From: Octopus vulgaris | Lineage: Eukaryota | Assembly: GCA_951406725.2 (NCBI GenBank) | Contig: OX597814.1 | Span: forward strand, 127,844,001-127,908,000 | Length of the DNA stretch: 64,000 bases | Direction of reading: 5' to 3' | Part shown: piece by piece, positions 46,576 to 63,072 of the stretch | Numbering within the stretch: the first letter of the stretch is position 1 | How the letters are laid out: every line of letters begins with the position of its first letter | Notes under the pieces: generated by a model | Told to the model about the DNA's origin: nothing | The model's input: the letters and a program-made list of their open reading frames with translations, nothing else | Database searches by the model: none | Program-made: the position numbers and the translations under genes

Positions 46576-47899
46576 AATATATATGCAATTTTTTGTCTAT
46601 AATAGTCTAGTACCTTTAATCTGAAAAATTACTAGAGGGTACTTGAAATCTCCATGGCTGGCAGTTTAGCTCACTGCCTTACCACAGGTGGCATTGTGTG
46701 TATTTTGTGTTTACATGCATTATATACACTGCACTTGTTAGTGGTGATACCAAAATTTTGAGAGCTCCTCTGCTTATTTAGCTTAATGTTAGCTTTATTT
46801 TTGACTTGTATAGTAAGAGAACTGAAAGCACCATTGGCAATATCAAACATAAACACCAATCAATATCAATAAAGTAAAACTAATGAAAATATCGAACTGG
46901 GATGTCTCAGTACATAAGCTGTGTGATATCTGTGGTAGCTGGTTGAAGGATTAAGTGCAATCCACAGAACTGGTTTCCCAGTTATACAAAATTTAACCCG
47001 AGCTGAAGACATAGTGCAATGTGACGCTCTAGATGTGTTGCACTTTCCCCACTTACCAGCCTATTTCAGTATACCTGCAGATTCTTGTGGTGGTCACAGT
47101 AGATATGAGACAATGTGGACTCTGTTGGTATTCAAACAAATGCTGACGGCCGTAATTTTGACAAATATCATTCATTGTAATTTTTCTCGACCGCCAAGTG
47201 GAATTGCTAATACTTGGAACAACGTAGCATTCAGATTTTCTTACAACTTATCTAGTTTTTGTTCATAATAAAATATGCTTTTGTTTTGCGTTTTTTCATT
47301 AAAAGTTTATAATAAATTGCAAACATAAATCTTTCAACATTTTCTTTTTAATTAACTTCTTTTAATAAGTGGTAAAATTTTTTTAAAACCAATGCCTACA
47401 AATATTGTATAATTAACTAGCATACTGTTCTAGATAATACAGTCTGATAGAATTTTAATTGGTGTAAGCTTACACAGTATGTTTCTAAAGTGTCCAGATG
47501 ATCAATAAATATATTTATAGCAAAAATACTTTATATAATTACAAATCTTGAAAACTGCACCAAACAACTAGCACTAAAAGCAAGAATACTGTGTTAGTCA
47601 ATCAATGAAGTGAACAGAATATTTAACCCATTAGCATTTAAACCAGCCATATCTGGTCCGAATATTCAAATTGACCAGATCTGACCACTCGCAGCTATTC
47701 TACATTGTCATACTAATAAATAAACAATCAATCAGAATTTCAAAGATATTAGATAATGCACAATTAATTCAAATGGACATGAATAAATAAACATTAGATT
47801 TAACAGAGAAATCTGAGTGCTAAGGAATTAATACTAATGAATTATAGGTTTTGTGTTTAGATTTCACAACAGAAAATCAGTTTTGGCATCAAATTTTCT

Positions 47900-49800
47900 T
47901 CTATAAGTCTCTACTGGTAATCCAGTAGCTGTACCATTTAACTAAACTTAATTCACATCCAGATGAAAGGTAATTCTTAATATGTATCAGATCATTTTAA
48001 GAGGGACACCTTGATTAGCTGATTTTAATTGAAATCATACGAGTGAATTCAGAATCAGGTCTAGAGACTTGAAGTGTCCCATGACTGCCAACAACAGTTA
48101 AGGTCTTCAAAATCAACATTTCTAAGCAAATAAATAGTATATGACAGTCAATGAATTAATCAAACCATTTTTAACTTTCTCAGATACGATTAATTTTAAA
48201 TCCAAATACTGTTGGATTACTTTTGCAGCCATATTTTCTGTTTTTAAAGTAGCAGACTAGTTTTGCAATGTTTTTCTCACTCTCTACTACAAATTCAAAA
48301 TATTTTGCATTTGTATTAAATCTAAAAACTCCCATTCTTTTAACTTATCTAGAAAGCTCTCATCTAAATGAAAGCATCACATATTCATATTTCAATGAAT
48401 GCAATTTAGAAATTTACATCTGAATGAGAGCCGAGAAGCTCTTTTACTTTTTCAGTCCAGTGAACAGTATCATAAAGATATTGCAATCATGATTTATTCA
48501 TTCTTACCATTTTTGGCATTCTACTGTGTTTTTACTATGTTCAAACAAGATTTCTGTAGGTATTTGCAGAATCTTATCAAATCATAAAAAAACTTTATCA
48601 AGAATACTTATTGCAATTCTTTGCTATGTCAGAATCTTGAGATTCATTTGCTCTTCATTGTAATACTAATTCATTGTAATTTTTTCACTAGAGCAGCTAT
48701 AGCAAGAATGCCTTGAAAGCCTTCCTACTTCATTTAGAGGTCTAAATGATAATGCATTACAGTGCTAGTTAATTCTGCGAGTTTTCCTTTTACAATTGAT
48801 GATCTATTGTATATACTTTGGCAACACATTCGTAGTAGTTTCTTCCTTGCATCATCCAACCCCAAGTTTTAACTGTAAATAACAACACTGTTGTTATGAT
48901 AGATGCTTTCCTTTATCATTTTAGAACAGCTGTGATCCCATTATTTTTTTCTTTGCATAATTTGCACTCCATCTGATTTAAACATCACCATCCTTTGAAG
49001 GTCAAGATTGCCGTGAATGTAAAGATTCTTTATTGATACCATGATGCTGACACTGTTAGCTTCAATATACCAGCAAACATAGTCATATAAAAAAATTTCA
49101 TTTTGTAAACAGCATTTAACATACAATAATAACATTCTTTGGATGGTGCTATCAGTACTTTTGTCAACAAAAACTTGTATAGAAAGCGGATTTCTTCAAC
49201 TCATCTATTTTCTATCTTTGAAAAATAACATTGATGCATTTGACAAATTCAAGAGCATATTCTTTGTCCTACCAACCTTCAGGAATGTTTACATATTTGG
49301 CTAGTGTGAATTAATGTGTTGAATAGAATGTATTGAAGTGTAAATTTTAACTGGTGGAATAAAATTATCTACTAAATCTTTAACCATATTAGCAGTAAAC
49401 CTTTTCAAGACTGGCCTCCTGGTTTACTCTAAATTTTTTGATTATGGTGTTTCTTGTTAGCATTCCCAAAATATTACCTTTCTTTACGTTTCCTAATTTA
49501 GTTAGGGCATCCAAACAATTGCATTATTAAGATGTCATTTTCAAATTTAACTCCAATTTTTCTGTAGTAAATTTTCCTCAAATTTTTGCTTTGGTACAAA
49601 TGGTACAGATAACATCACCTGCATCTTGGTTCATGCAAACATCTGCTATTGTTACTTTCTGTTTTTAGTGCAAAGATAGTAATTTGTTTTCTACAAGATG
49701 TGAAAGTCATTCTTGCTTATAATTGGAGCAAATTTTCTGTATTTCTTTTTTTTAATTTCGATGTTTCTTCATAGTTTCTTTTGATATTGTGACAGCATTT
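47900..49800 (-). pseudogene. Decayed hAT (ZNF862-like) transposase
   Basis: Minus-strand remnants in the expected order: ICTIC zinc finger, FVDKSTD..LLLYVK, FKSDG..NGITAVLK, LGLDDA, FRPLNEVGRLSRH, dimerisation-domain remnant; many stops and frameshifts. Confidence 0.72.
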
Positions 49801-51300
49801 TTATCTTTATAGCCATGCATTAAAAAAAAAGAAATCTGTCAAAAATATACTTGCACCATTGTCTATTGTTATTTTGATAGCTTTCCTAGAAATAGTTGTT
49901 GAATGAAGCTGCAATGCAAGTGACAATATGATTTGTGGGAAATCCTGTTCTCAATTTTGAGAACAGAAATGTATGTTGTGAAGAAGAAGAAGGATCTAAC
50001 ATTTTCGACTCTTGTTCTTCTCTAGAGTGAAAGATTACATTAGTGAATCAGTTGGGATGCCAAAATGTGGAATTGGGAAAATAAAGGAAATGGAAAAGGT
50101 ATGTCAAAAGGTGGATATAGAGAGAGAAGGCAATTGTTTTGAGTTAACCAAGTGTTTATGGCATAAAATCCAGTATTTGGAGTTAACATGTTGGAATTTC
50201 AATCCAGTACATGCTTTCTTTATCAAGCAGCTGTGAGTTTCTAGCACTTGTTGCTCCCTGTATGCTGTGTGTATAATGAACTTGTGGATTCCTACAAGAA
50301 ACATACAAACTATGCAAGTCTTGGGAATATTTTCAAAGTGCCCAGTCTTTGAAACTAAACTACCGTATGTTTACAACTAACTTGCATTAAATTTACTCAG
50401 AACAACCAATTCTCTGGAGGGTTGGTATCAATCTTTCAAGAGTTTTGATAATTCTCTCAACCGAGTCTTAAATACATTAAGAAAATCCAGCTAGAGCAAA
50501 CTAACACTGAATTTTCAAATAAATATCTCTTGGGGTTAATCTGATGCGAACAAGTAAAAAATGTACCAGTGTTAATGATTATACTAAAAAGTTACTCTCA
50601 ACCAACAGCATATTTTCCTAAATGTCATTGGCTCAGACTTTATAGTTTAGTTATTTTAATTTTAAGACTAGTTGTTTTCGACAACTTTCAGCTTTTTAAT
50701 ATATTATTAAGTTTTGTAAATTTTGTATTATTAAATTATTAATTTTTTTTGATTAAATACAAATTTCGGGCAACTTCCTTCCATGTAATAGTGGAAGAAA
50801 GTTGCCAATTTCAGTTTTAAAATGAATTATTTTTTTAAAAATTAGTTTTTCTAAATAAAATCTTGGTATTTTGAATATCAACAATTTGACTGGAGTTTTG
50901 TCTTGTCGGTATTTTGATTGTTGACATTTTGGCATTACATCTGAACATGGATTCACTAAGAGCACAATTGTTAAGTTCATTTGCATTGTTAGCAGTGTGC
51001 ATCCTAGCCCTTTGTTCAAGACTATTAAAGCTAGATTGAGTAGGAGAGATTTGTTTGAATGCTCTTTTGCACCTCTGTGTTTGGATGTGATTTACCTTGT
51101 AGTGGCAGTAACTTTGAAGGTTAAAGATTGCTGTGGAAACAAACTGTGCCCTCTCACATGTTCGAGTTGTCTTTCATTTTTAGTATTTTTGTCTCTTTGT
51201 GTATGCAGTCCATATATAAGTTGTGATGATGAGTAGTGTTCTGCTCATGTACTTTGTAGTTTATTGTACTTTATTGTGAAAAGCATGACTGTGTCTTTAA

Positions 51301-51524
51301 CCCTTTCATTACCAACCCGGCTGAAACTGGCTCTGGCTCTGAGTACAAATGTCTTGTTTTCATAAGTTCTGAATTAAAATCTTCCACCAATTTACAATTA
51401 GTTACAATTCATGTTCCTAACACTAGCTGAATGATAACTAAGTTATTTTACTAAATTCTTTGTTATATTTAAAGTAATTGAAAGAAACACAGAGCATCTC
51501 AAAATAAATACAGTAATGAAAGGG
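51301..51524. mobile_element. piggyBac-type MITE family 1
   Basis: TTAA|CCCTTTCATTAC...GTAATGAAAGGG|TTAA. Confidence 0.88.
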
Positions 51525-51666
51525 TTAAGAAGCTTGTTTCCCAATTATGTGGTCTTGGGGTCAGTCCTACTGCTCAGCACCTGGGCAAGGGTCTTCTACC
51601 ATAGCTCCATGTTGTCCAAAACCTTGTGAGTGGATTTCATAAGCAAAAACTGAAAGAAACCTGTTG

Positions 51667-51699
<33 letters not shown>

Positions 51700-53153
51700 A
51701 CCCTTGTCTAGACATCACTTGATGGTTGTAAATGAGCATCAAGCAAGGTTGTTTGTTTCTAGTCTTCCATGAAAAACATGTCTAGCTGTGAGGGAATATT
51801 ACTTTGCTTGGAAACAGGTGAAGGTTGATAGCAAGAGGAGCACCCAGCTGTAGAAAATCTCTCAACAAATACTGTCTGACCCATGCAAGCATAGAAAAAG
51901 TGAATGTTAAATGATGATTTAATAAGATGATAGTGATAAGGTTCGTAGGTTGGCATAATCTCTGATGGATCTAATATAGTGTTTATACACCAGTTGTTTT
52001 TTTTTCTGTTGGCAAAATATAGTTCCTGTGTTTGTTCTGATTTTCTTTTCTTTATTGTATCTATGTTGTGATGGTTTGTATGTAATATCTAACATCTTTG
52101 TCTTTTGTGTGAGTTATGCTTATATTATTTAGGATGACTGGGGCTCATAGAATCAGTTACTCAGTTTCCATGCCATATAAGTGACTGAGCTCATAAATTT
52201 CTTCCTGAAAGGGATGGTCAGTCTGTTGCAAGCTTAATCATTTAGAGTCAAGTGGACTGAAGCATTGTGAAATGGGGTGTTTTGCACAAGAACACTACGA
52301 AATTCCTGGTGCAGGAATCAAAACCATTATCTTGAAATCCTGAGTGCAATATGCTAACCATTAGATTAACTGAGGGTGACAGGTAAACATGAGATTATTT
52401 TACTTGGTGCTTTGTTGGGCTTTAGGAGGGAAAAAAATGATTTTGTTAGCTTCCATATTCTTGGAAAATATAGAACCAAATGTAGATTTTGGCATGCAGT
52501 GATTCTTTTCAGCTCCAGCTATTTTAGGTGTAAATTGTAATTTTGTGTGGTTCTGAGAGTTTTACATTTTTAGGTTTTCCTGTTACTTTTTCAGTTTCTT
52601 ATGGAAGGACAAGATAAAAATCATGATTAAGATGTAAGGTGTATAATTATTGCATTGTATTCCTGTCTTGTTTGTGTGGATTTTTGGTGGCTGATTTTGG
52701 AGAAATGTCAGTTAAGAGCTTTTGCTTGATGTTGGAGTGTATGTTATTTCTGGTCGTTATGATATGGCTGTTATTGATACTGCTGCTAATTGCTCCATAG
52801 TGTTCTAATGTTTGTTTCATTGTTTATGTTGGATATAAACATTTACTAGTTTTCGCTTTTCTATAGTTATTTTTTTTATTTCCTGTGTTACTTGTCATTG
52901 AGTTTTATTTTTGGATGTGTTTGGTTTATTTTTTGGTGTCAGATTTGAGGTTGGTCATTTCTGGAGTATAACTGTATTCATTTATGTTACCTTATGAAAT
53001 TTATTTTCGTAGTTGAGTTTGTAATGTTTCTACTGAAAATTTCTGCTGCAGTGTCCATGTTGGTAATTGTGATGTTGATTTCTTAAAAAAAAAAAGAAAA
53101 AAGAATTTTTCTTGCTAATGGTGAAACTTGTTTCAATGGTTTTTTTTTTTTAA

Positions 53154-53377
53154 CCCTTTCGTTACCAACCCAACTGAAACTGGCTCTGGCTCTGAGTACA
53201 AATGTCTTGTTTTCGTAAGTTTTGAATTAAAATCTTCCACTAAACCTTAGTCACAATTTACATTCCTAACACTTGATGTTAAAACATAGGAATGGTTATT
53301 TTACTAAATTCTTTGTTATATTTAAAGTAATTGAAAGAAACACAGAGCATCCCAAAATAAATACAGTAACGAAAGGG
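53154..53377. mobile_element. piggyBac-type MITE family 1
   Basis: TTAA|CCCTTTCGTTAC...GTAACGAAAGGG|TTAA. Confidence 0.88.
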
Positions 53378-55435
53378 TTAAAGAAGAGTGCTGAAGTGTT
53401 TTTACCTTTTGACAAGACTTATTTTTCTCTGTCAGTCTGAGAATTCCTGAATCCAACCTATAGTTTCACCCTGAAACATTTTCTCTTCTCCCTTAGAGAT
53501 AGTTTAATCATTATTGATTTCCGTATAGGTTCAGAACAAGTCTGAGAAAATATGCAATCCATTTGCTCACTTTTGTATTTTTCCAGGTTGTTTATGAAGA
53601 GTGTTAATTGTATTTGTTATGATATGTATAGTTGTTTGTGAGGATAGTTTTAAGTAGATGTTACTGTAGTAATTAATCAGAAGTAGTTGATGGATTAATA
53701 AGTAACAATAGTTCATGTAATAGGAAGGGTATCCTGTTGCAAAAAGAACCATGCTGAAAATATCACACACATACAACAAAGATTGGCATTTTTTTCTCTG
53801 ATGTTGTATGTATGAAATGATGACAGACTATGACAAATGGTGAGACTGTGCTGGAGCAAACCTGTCCAACCTACACAAGTATAGAAAAACAAATGTAAAT
53901 TGATAATAATTATAGATCTATGATAATGGTCCCTTAAGAAGAATGAGGTGCTTCATTAGAGATCAGGTAATTAAGTAATTAAAAAAGAGCTCAAAAGTTA
54001 TTTCTGAGTACCATTCCTATGTTTTAAATAAAACTTTTGAAGAAATTTATTGTTTAAATATTTTTTTGTTTAAAAGTAGGACGAATGTAAATAAAAAGAA
54101 TATAAATTAAAAGTTTTGTTACTTTCTGTTGTCAACTTCTGTGAAATAATTCAAGTTATTTCTTCACTATTTCATCTCATCTGCATGGAAATTTTCCATA
54201 AACAACCAACAAATCCATCGATAATTTATATTTATTTAGCAATGGTTCAAATATTGTACAAATTCCTAGAATTATTGCAAAACCAATTCATTTCCATTGC
54301 TTGAAATAACAGAACAATTATTTTCAGTTTTATTTTCATGATTCACAATAAAAATCTATCGCTATTCTTTTGTATTAACATCTTTTATCTTTTTTAATCT
54401 AAAACTTGTGATAATATACATTTGTGATAATATACATGCAGTGATGTGTTTGTTACATTATCTAATGAACAGGCCATTCATTAATTTTTCAAATGAAATA
54501 AAATTACTTTGATAATTTCTTATTTTCTCTTGTATGGAATTATTTTTTTTAAACCCTATTTTCCTTCTTTTGTTTTATGTTTCTGGTATAAAAAAAAAAA
54601 AAAAATATATACCTTCATGTACACGATGATAATTTTTTGGATTTTTTTCTTACAGCTGAGATAGTCAATTTTTCTAATATTTGACATCTGTAACAACAGA
54701 AGAGCAACAGTTTTGTGTTAAATCTTAAATAATTTACATTCCAACACTTTTCACAATGCCTGCCACAAAAAAAAAAAGAAAAAGGAAAAGAAAAAACATC
54801 TCTCATCTTTTCAATCTACATTTTTACCAATAAATCTTCAGTTTGTTTAATTACTACACTTGGCTTTCATAGGTCCAAAAATAAGTGCTGATAATTGAGA
54901 TTGCTCTGAAATATTTGATCAGTTACCTTTGTGCCATGGATCTTGCTCAAGGAAAGCTGGTCAAAACAATCTATAATATGTTTACTATGTTATATTTGAT
55001 CTAATGTCTGTTTAGTGTTCTATATGGTCATTTAGTGTTTATTATCTGACATTCTGTGACTCTTAGTTTACTTTCATTATGTGATATTTTGTAGCGATTG
55101 TTTTAAAACAGACTAAGAAGTTCATTAGGGGAAATTTAATTGCTGTACTGAGTAGCTTGAATGACCCCAGGTCAGACCTGATGAAGCAAACCCTTGAATG
55201 AAAGCATTATTACTGCAATCATTTTCTCATTCTTTTCAGATACAGTATATCTTGGATGACACTATCCGCTGTATCTTTCTGGGTGTGATTTATTACTGTT
55301 AATTTATTTTTATTTCGTAACATTAGAAAAACTTGTCACTCTTCAATGAGACTTTTCATTCTGTTAGACTTCCTCCAACATAAAATCTGCTACTTAAACA
55401 CACTCAGCGGCCACACCTGCACCTATATATATATG

Positions 55436-55657
55436 AGCGTGGCCGTTGCCAGTACTGCCTGACTGGCCCTCGTGCCGGTGGCACATAAAAGCATCCACTA
55501 CACTCGGTGTGGTTGGCGTTAGGAAGGGCATTCAGCTGTAGAAACTCTGCCAGATCAGATTGGAGCCTGGTGCAGCCATCTGGTTTGCCAGTCCTCAGTC
55601 AAATCGTCCAACCCATGCTAGCATGGAAAGCAAACATTAAACGATGATGATGATGAT
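55436..55657 (+). mobile_element. RTE 3'-tail copy
   Basis: Shared tail motif, flanked by (TA)n. Confidence 0.78.
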
Positions 55658-55675
55658 TATATATATATATATACA

Positions 55676-56826
55676 TCATTTCAGAGTGTTTGGGTGTCCC
55701 TCTGAGGACACAAGTTACTCTGCCAGAAATTTGGAAACGACATGCTGTACTGCTTGGCATTCACCCCAGAAGCTCCAATACGAACATTTCAGAGTGTTTG
55801 GGTGTCCCTCTGAGGACAGTGCAGAGGATTTGGAAAGAGTTGGATGAGTCTAATGGTGATTACGAAGGTAGAGTAGCTCTGAAAACTCATTCTGATCATT
55901 CTGATTAGGAAAGAATTCCTGAATTTGTTGGTGAGATCCAGACCATGGTTGATAACAATCCCTCCAAGTCAATCAGGACCCTCTCCAGGGACATGGGAGT
56001 GTCTGAGTTTTTTATCAGGCAGGTATTGCATGAAGACATTTGGTATTTCTCATAAAAAATGAGAAAGGGCCAATTTTTATCCCAAGCCACCAAGGACAAG
56101 AGGAAAGGCCATGCTACGAAGCTTTTGAATAAACTCAAGCATCCCCTTACTTTGATTTTTCTCAGACAAGAAAAATTTTCGCCACGATCAGATGGTGAAC
56201 ACAACCATTGGCTTGCTCTTTCTCCAAAACATGTACCAAGAGTGATAAAAATCAAGCATCCAGCCAACATCATGGTGTTTGGAGTGCTCACTAGTGATGG
56301 TAGCGTTATGTCTCCATTCATCTTCCCACACAGCCTCAGATTCAACACAGAGACCTACATCAAGTGCCTGGAGGAGGTAGTGGTGTTCTGGGTCAAGAGG
56401 GTGGCTGCTGGAAGATCCTATGTCTAGTGACAGGACTTTGCACCATGCCACACAAGCAAGAGAACCTAGTCATGGCTGTCAGACAATTTCTGCAACCACA
56501 TCATTCCTAACATCTAGCTATCTAACTCCCCAGACTGCAACAGTTGAGCGAGAGACCAACAAAACTCCTTGTAACACCAAAGATGAACTGAAGGCAAGAA
56601 TTATGGCAGCATTCACCAACTTAAATTAGGAGACTGTCCAGAAAAGTTGCAGGAGATTCTGAAGTCATCTGAAGGCTGTGGTTGAAGCCAATGGCAATTT
56701 TATTTTACTCTTCAGTATTTCATGATGTTTTTATGTAATTTTGGTAAATATATCTGTTAAAATGCAATGTCAGTGTTATTTTCATTTTTGTATACTTTAG
56801 ACTACAATTTAATCACCACACCTTGT
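55676..56826 (+). pseudogene. Decayed Tc1/mariner (DD37D/maT-like) transposon, 5' end missing
   Basis: KHPANIMVFGVLTSDG...YIKCLEEVV...QDFAPCHTSK...NSPDC; ends caccttgta|ta. Confidence 0.85.
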
Positions 56827-56837
56827 ATATATACAGT

Positions 56838-58019
56838 GGGAAAGCAGACAAAACACAAATTCCTTCAGGTAGATGGTCCTGCTCGATTTGTAGAAAAGGC
56901 ATTAGTAGAAACTCCATAAGATGTATCTGGTGTAAGCTATGGAAACATAAGAGGTGCTGTAATATCAGAGGAAGATTAACAAGGAAAATAGCATTTGTGT
57001 GAAGAAGATGCACAGGTGCTATAAACATTAAAAAAATATACAAAAAATAGACTCCATCAACTGCTAGAGGTAGTAGTTCTGTTATCTAGGTGACCAAGTT
57101 AGTCGTAGAGGTGGATGCTCCAAGGGCATTGCTGTGAGAATAAGATTAGGCTTGGCAAAGTTCAGAGAGCTCCTACCTTTGCTGGCAACAAAGGACCTCT
57201 CTCTCAGAGTGAAAGGCAGATTGTTTGATGCCTGTGTGTGAACAGCTATGCTACATGGCAGTGAAACATGGCCTGTGACAGCCGAAGGCATGCATAGTCT
57301 TGAAAGAAATGAAGCCCGTATGCTTTGCTGGTTGTGCAATGTCAGTGTGCATGTTTGACAGAGTGTAAGCATCTTGAAAGAAAAGTTAGGCATAAGAGGC
57401 ATCAGATGTGTTGGTATGGTCATGTGATGTGTATAGATGAGGACAGCTGTGTAAAGAAGAACCGCTCTCTTACTGTGGAGGGAACCTGTGTTAGCGGTAG
57501 ACCAAAGAAGACATGGGATGAGGTGGCAAAGCATGATCTTTGAACCTTGGGCCTCACAGAAGCAATGGCAAGTGACCGATATGCTGTGCTTGAGAAGTCC
57601 CTTCAAGCAAGTGAAATTGTAATCGTAAAAAGCACATAAAAAGAACCTTTTGAGCATTGGGCCTCCCCAAGGCAAATTGGCTGATGCTGTTGGCATGTAA
57701 AAAGTTCCGTTTGAATGTTGGGTCTCACAGAGGCAATGATTGAGACCGTTGGCATTAGGTCATGCTTGAGAGACCCATCAAGCCAAGTAAAATTTCAGTT
57801 GTGGTAGATACTGATGCCACAAAATAGCACCCATGCCAGTGGCATGTAAAAGCACCTATTACACCCTTGGAGTGGTTGGCATTAGGAAGGACATCCAGCC
57901 ACAGAAACCATGCGAAACCAGACTGGAGTCTGGCGTAGCCTCCCAGCTTGCCAGCCCTGGTCAAACCAGCTAACCCAAGACAACATAGATAATGGACATT
58001 AAATGAGGATGATGATGAT
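56838..58019 (+). mobile_element. Decayed RTE LINE 3' fragment
   Basis: PSGRWSCSICRKG...GRPKKTWDEVAKHDL, then 3' UTR and gatgat tail. Confidence 0.85.
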
Positions 58020-58592
58020 ATATATAAAACCATGTTAACTTGGGTTCGGTCCCATTGTGTGGCACCTTGTAAGTGCCTTCTAGTATAGCCCCAAAGCAAC
58101 TAAAGCCTTGTGAGTGCAAATGGTAGAGAGAAACTGAAAGATGACTATCATGCGTGCTTGTGTGTGCGTGTGCGTGTGCATGTGTGTGTGTGTGTGTGTG
58201 TGTGATTGTCTTGATTTCAAGTGATGGTCATAAATGGGTTTCACCATCATACAATTGATGTTGTTCATTTCCAGTCTTCTATGTAAAACATCTTGTTATG
58301 GGGAAATTTTACCTTGCTTGCAAGCAATTGGGGTTGGTGACAGGAAGGGCATCTGACTATAGGATATCTGCATGTGGCTTGATTGGCTTTTGTGTTATAA
58401 TGATCATTAAGTTGCAGGTTCAGCTCCTGAATTGAGTAGTGCAGTGTGCTCTCGAGGGAGGCACTTCATTTCATGTTGTTTGAGTTTACTGAAATGAAAA
58501 TGAATCCCGGTTGCATCATGGTTGGGCTTTAAACTTGCCACGGACTAGCATCCTGTTTAATGGTTGAACTAGTCTTGAAAATTCAGTTGCAA

Positions 58593-59038
58593 CCCTTTCA
58601 TTACCGTATTTACTTTGAGATGCTCTATGTTTACTCTTTTACTCTTTTACTTGTTTCAGTCATTTGACTGTGGCCATGCTGGAGCACCACCTTTAGTCGA
58701 AGAAATCGACCCCAGGACTTATTCTTTGTAAGTCTAGTACTTATTCTATCGGTCACTTTTGCCGAACCACTAAGTTACGGGGACGTAAACACACCAGCAT
58801 CGGTTGTCAAGCGATGTTAGGGGACAAACACAGACACACAAACATACACACACATACATATATATATATATAGTCAATAATAAAAGGGTAAAATTAATTA
58901 ATTATTAATTATCAATTTTACCAAGTAGTGTTCAGTATGTAAAAAGACCATTTACGGTATATTTAAAACATTACATTATATAATTAGGGTTCAGTATAAT
59001 AATTTACTTTACCACACACTGAACTTTTAGAAATAGCA

Positions 59039-59079
<41 letters not shown>

Positions 59080-59399
59080 CGGGCTTCTTTCAGTTTCCGT
59101 CTACCAAATCCACTCACAAGGCTTTGGTCGGCCCGAGGCTATAGTAGAAGACACTTGCCCAAGGTGCCACGCAGTGGGACTGAACCCAGAACCGTGACTG
59201 AACCCAGAACTATGTTTCTTTAAATTAATTTTAAATATAACAAAGAATTTAGTAAAATAACTTAGTTATCATTAAGCCAGTGTTAGGAGAATGAATTGCG
59301 ACTAAGGTTTGGTGGAAGATTTTAATTCAAAACTAATGAAAACAAGACATTTGTACTACAGAGCCAGAGGCGGTTTCAGACAGGTTGGTATTGAAAGAG
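58593..59399. mobile_element. piggyBac-type MITE family 1 split by a nested SINE
   Basis: Halves join to the consensus of the 38-kb copy; older copies at ~910-1130 and ~27970-28194. Confidence 0.75.
58632..59209 (-). mobile_element. SINE family A nested in a piggyBac MITE, with a further insert at 58872-59041
   Basis: ctatgttt duplicated on both sides; SINE body on the minus strand. Confidence 0.8.
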
Positions 59400-59596
59400 T
59401 TAAATGCTCAGAAAACTTCAATAAGCAGTGAGTGACCTTAATAGTCCTGTAAACACAATACAGACTTCAACAATGTTGATTTGAAGGAGAGTTGACTGCT
59501 ATTTCTTGTAGTTCAGAAGATTGTTTAACAGTTCTCTTGTTGACTTTGTGCAACACAAATGTATTTGTGATGATGGAAAATGAGATGAAGAGAGAT

Positions 59597-59634
<38 letters not shown>

Positions 59635-60659
59635 GGAAAAAAAGAGAGTGGAAGAAAAGTGGGAGAAGGACTGACATAGATTAAAAGGGAAAGAGAGAGA
59701 AAGATAAGGAGGGAGCTGCCGAGAAACTCCCTCCTTTTCTCTCTCTCTCTTTCTTTCCCATTCAGAGCAGAGGAAGGAGTGAAAGTCAGTGGGGGCAATA
59801 GGATGAATTAAAGAGGAAAAAGAAAAGTAAAAATAAACAAAGAAAGTCATTGAGGAAGGTAGAGGAACTAAAAGAGGAAAGGGACTAAAATGGATAGGGG
59901 TTTAGAAATTGGAAAAGGGAGAAAAAGAGAAAGAGAGAGAGAGAGAGTGTGGGTAAGAGAGAAAGGGAGAAGAGAGAAAAGGGGAAGAATAAAGGATTGT
60001 CTCAGGTGGTGATGATGATGATGGGTGATGATGGTGTTGGTGGTGGTGGCAGTGCTGTTGTTTAGCCCTTGGTCTTTCACACCAGACATTCTGTTCACGT
60101 TTTATTTTACTGTAGTAGAAAGTGACTGGAGTGATCTCACACACACACATACACACACACACAGACTCACACTGAAGCTAGTTACCCTCCCCCTCTGCCT
60201 CACACACACATCCACATTCATGGCAGTTACATCCACACCCACACACTCCGCCACACTCACACCCACATTCATGGATTTACAGTTGAGGCAAGCAGATAGG
60301 CGAATACATATTATTTGTGAATAATGAAACTGAAGTAAAGCAGAGGGAAAAGAAAGGAACAGGGAGAAAGAAGGAAATAGAGGAGGGAAGAGAGAGAAAA
60401 AGCACATAAGATGCAAATTGCTTAAGTCAAAGAACTTTTATTAGAGAGGGAAGAAGAATGTTATTGGTTACATAGACTTTATAGTAACCACAGCTAAACA
60501 TAATTCAGTCATGACTTATACCCAACACAACCAAATTTACTTTTGTCTTTACTATTATTGCCGGTGAGTCCTTATATTTGTTTTTTGTTTTCTTTTTTTC
60601 GTTCAAGTCTTTCTTTTTTTGGTAACATCTCTTCACTGTTGATATGTCTATTGGTATAT

Positions 60660-62420
<1,761 letters not shown>

Positions 62421-62469
62421 CTCTTTTACTCTTTTACTTGTTCAGCCATGCAGCTGTGGTCATGCTGGA

Positions 62470-62760
62470 GCACCACTATGGGCTTTCTGGTTTTCTTAGT
62501 CTGGGGTGTTTTGCATCATCACTCTTATATGCGCTTTCGTCCCAGCAGCTGTTAGCCCATTTGGTGTACAAGGGAGTTTGATTCCACTGCCCTTGTCTGC
62601 AACTCATGTTGGGCTGTTGGTTCATCTGGTATTGTGGAGATGGGTATGTCTAGTTCCTCTTTGAAGACATCTATTTCCACCTTATATAGATTTCTTAATT
62701 TTTTTGGCAGGGCTTTCAGGAGGTGTGGGCTTACTATTGCAGTATCTGATCCTGAATTTA
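62470..62760 (-). mobile_element. L2/Crack-like LINE 3' fragment
   Basis: PHLLKALPKNLRNL...VFKEELD...IPDEPT on the minus strand. Confidence 0.6.
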
Positions 62761-63033
62761 GATGGAGTGGATATCATCTATAATAATATCTTTATATCTT
62801 ATATATATATATATATATAAAGTTAATCCAAACATGAAAACACAAAGAGAAAACACAACAATGCAAGGACGTGGAACAAATATAGTATTATTGGATGCTC
62901 ATATATATATATATATGTATGTATGTATATATATTTATAAAGTGTAATATTTATCAGTATCATTTCACAATATCTGGTATATATTTATAACTGTTGTATG
63001 CACAAACAAATATGCATATATATGTGTTTGTGC

Positions 63034-63064
<31 letters not shown>

Positions 63065-63072
63065 CATACATG

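Noticed and set aside
52420-53760. Possible very decayed Penelope coding remnants on the minus strand
   Set aside because: Only weak, fragmentary resemblance by eye.
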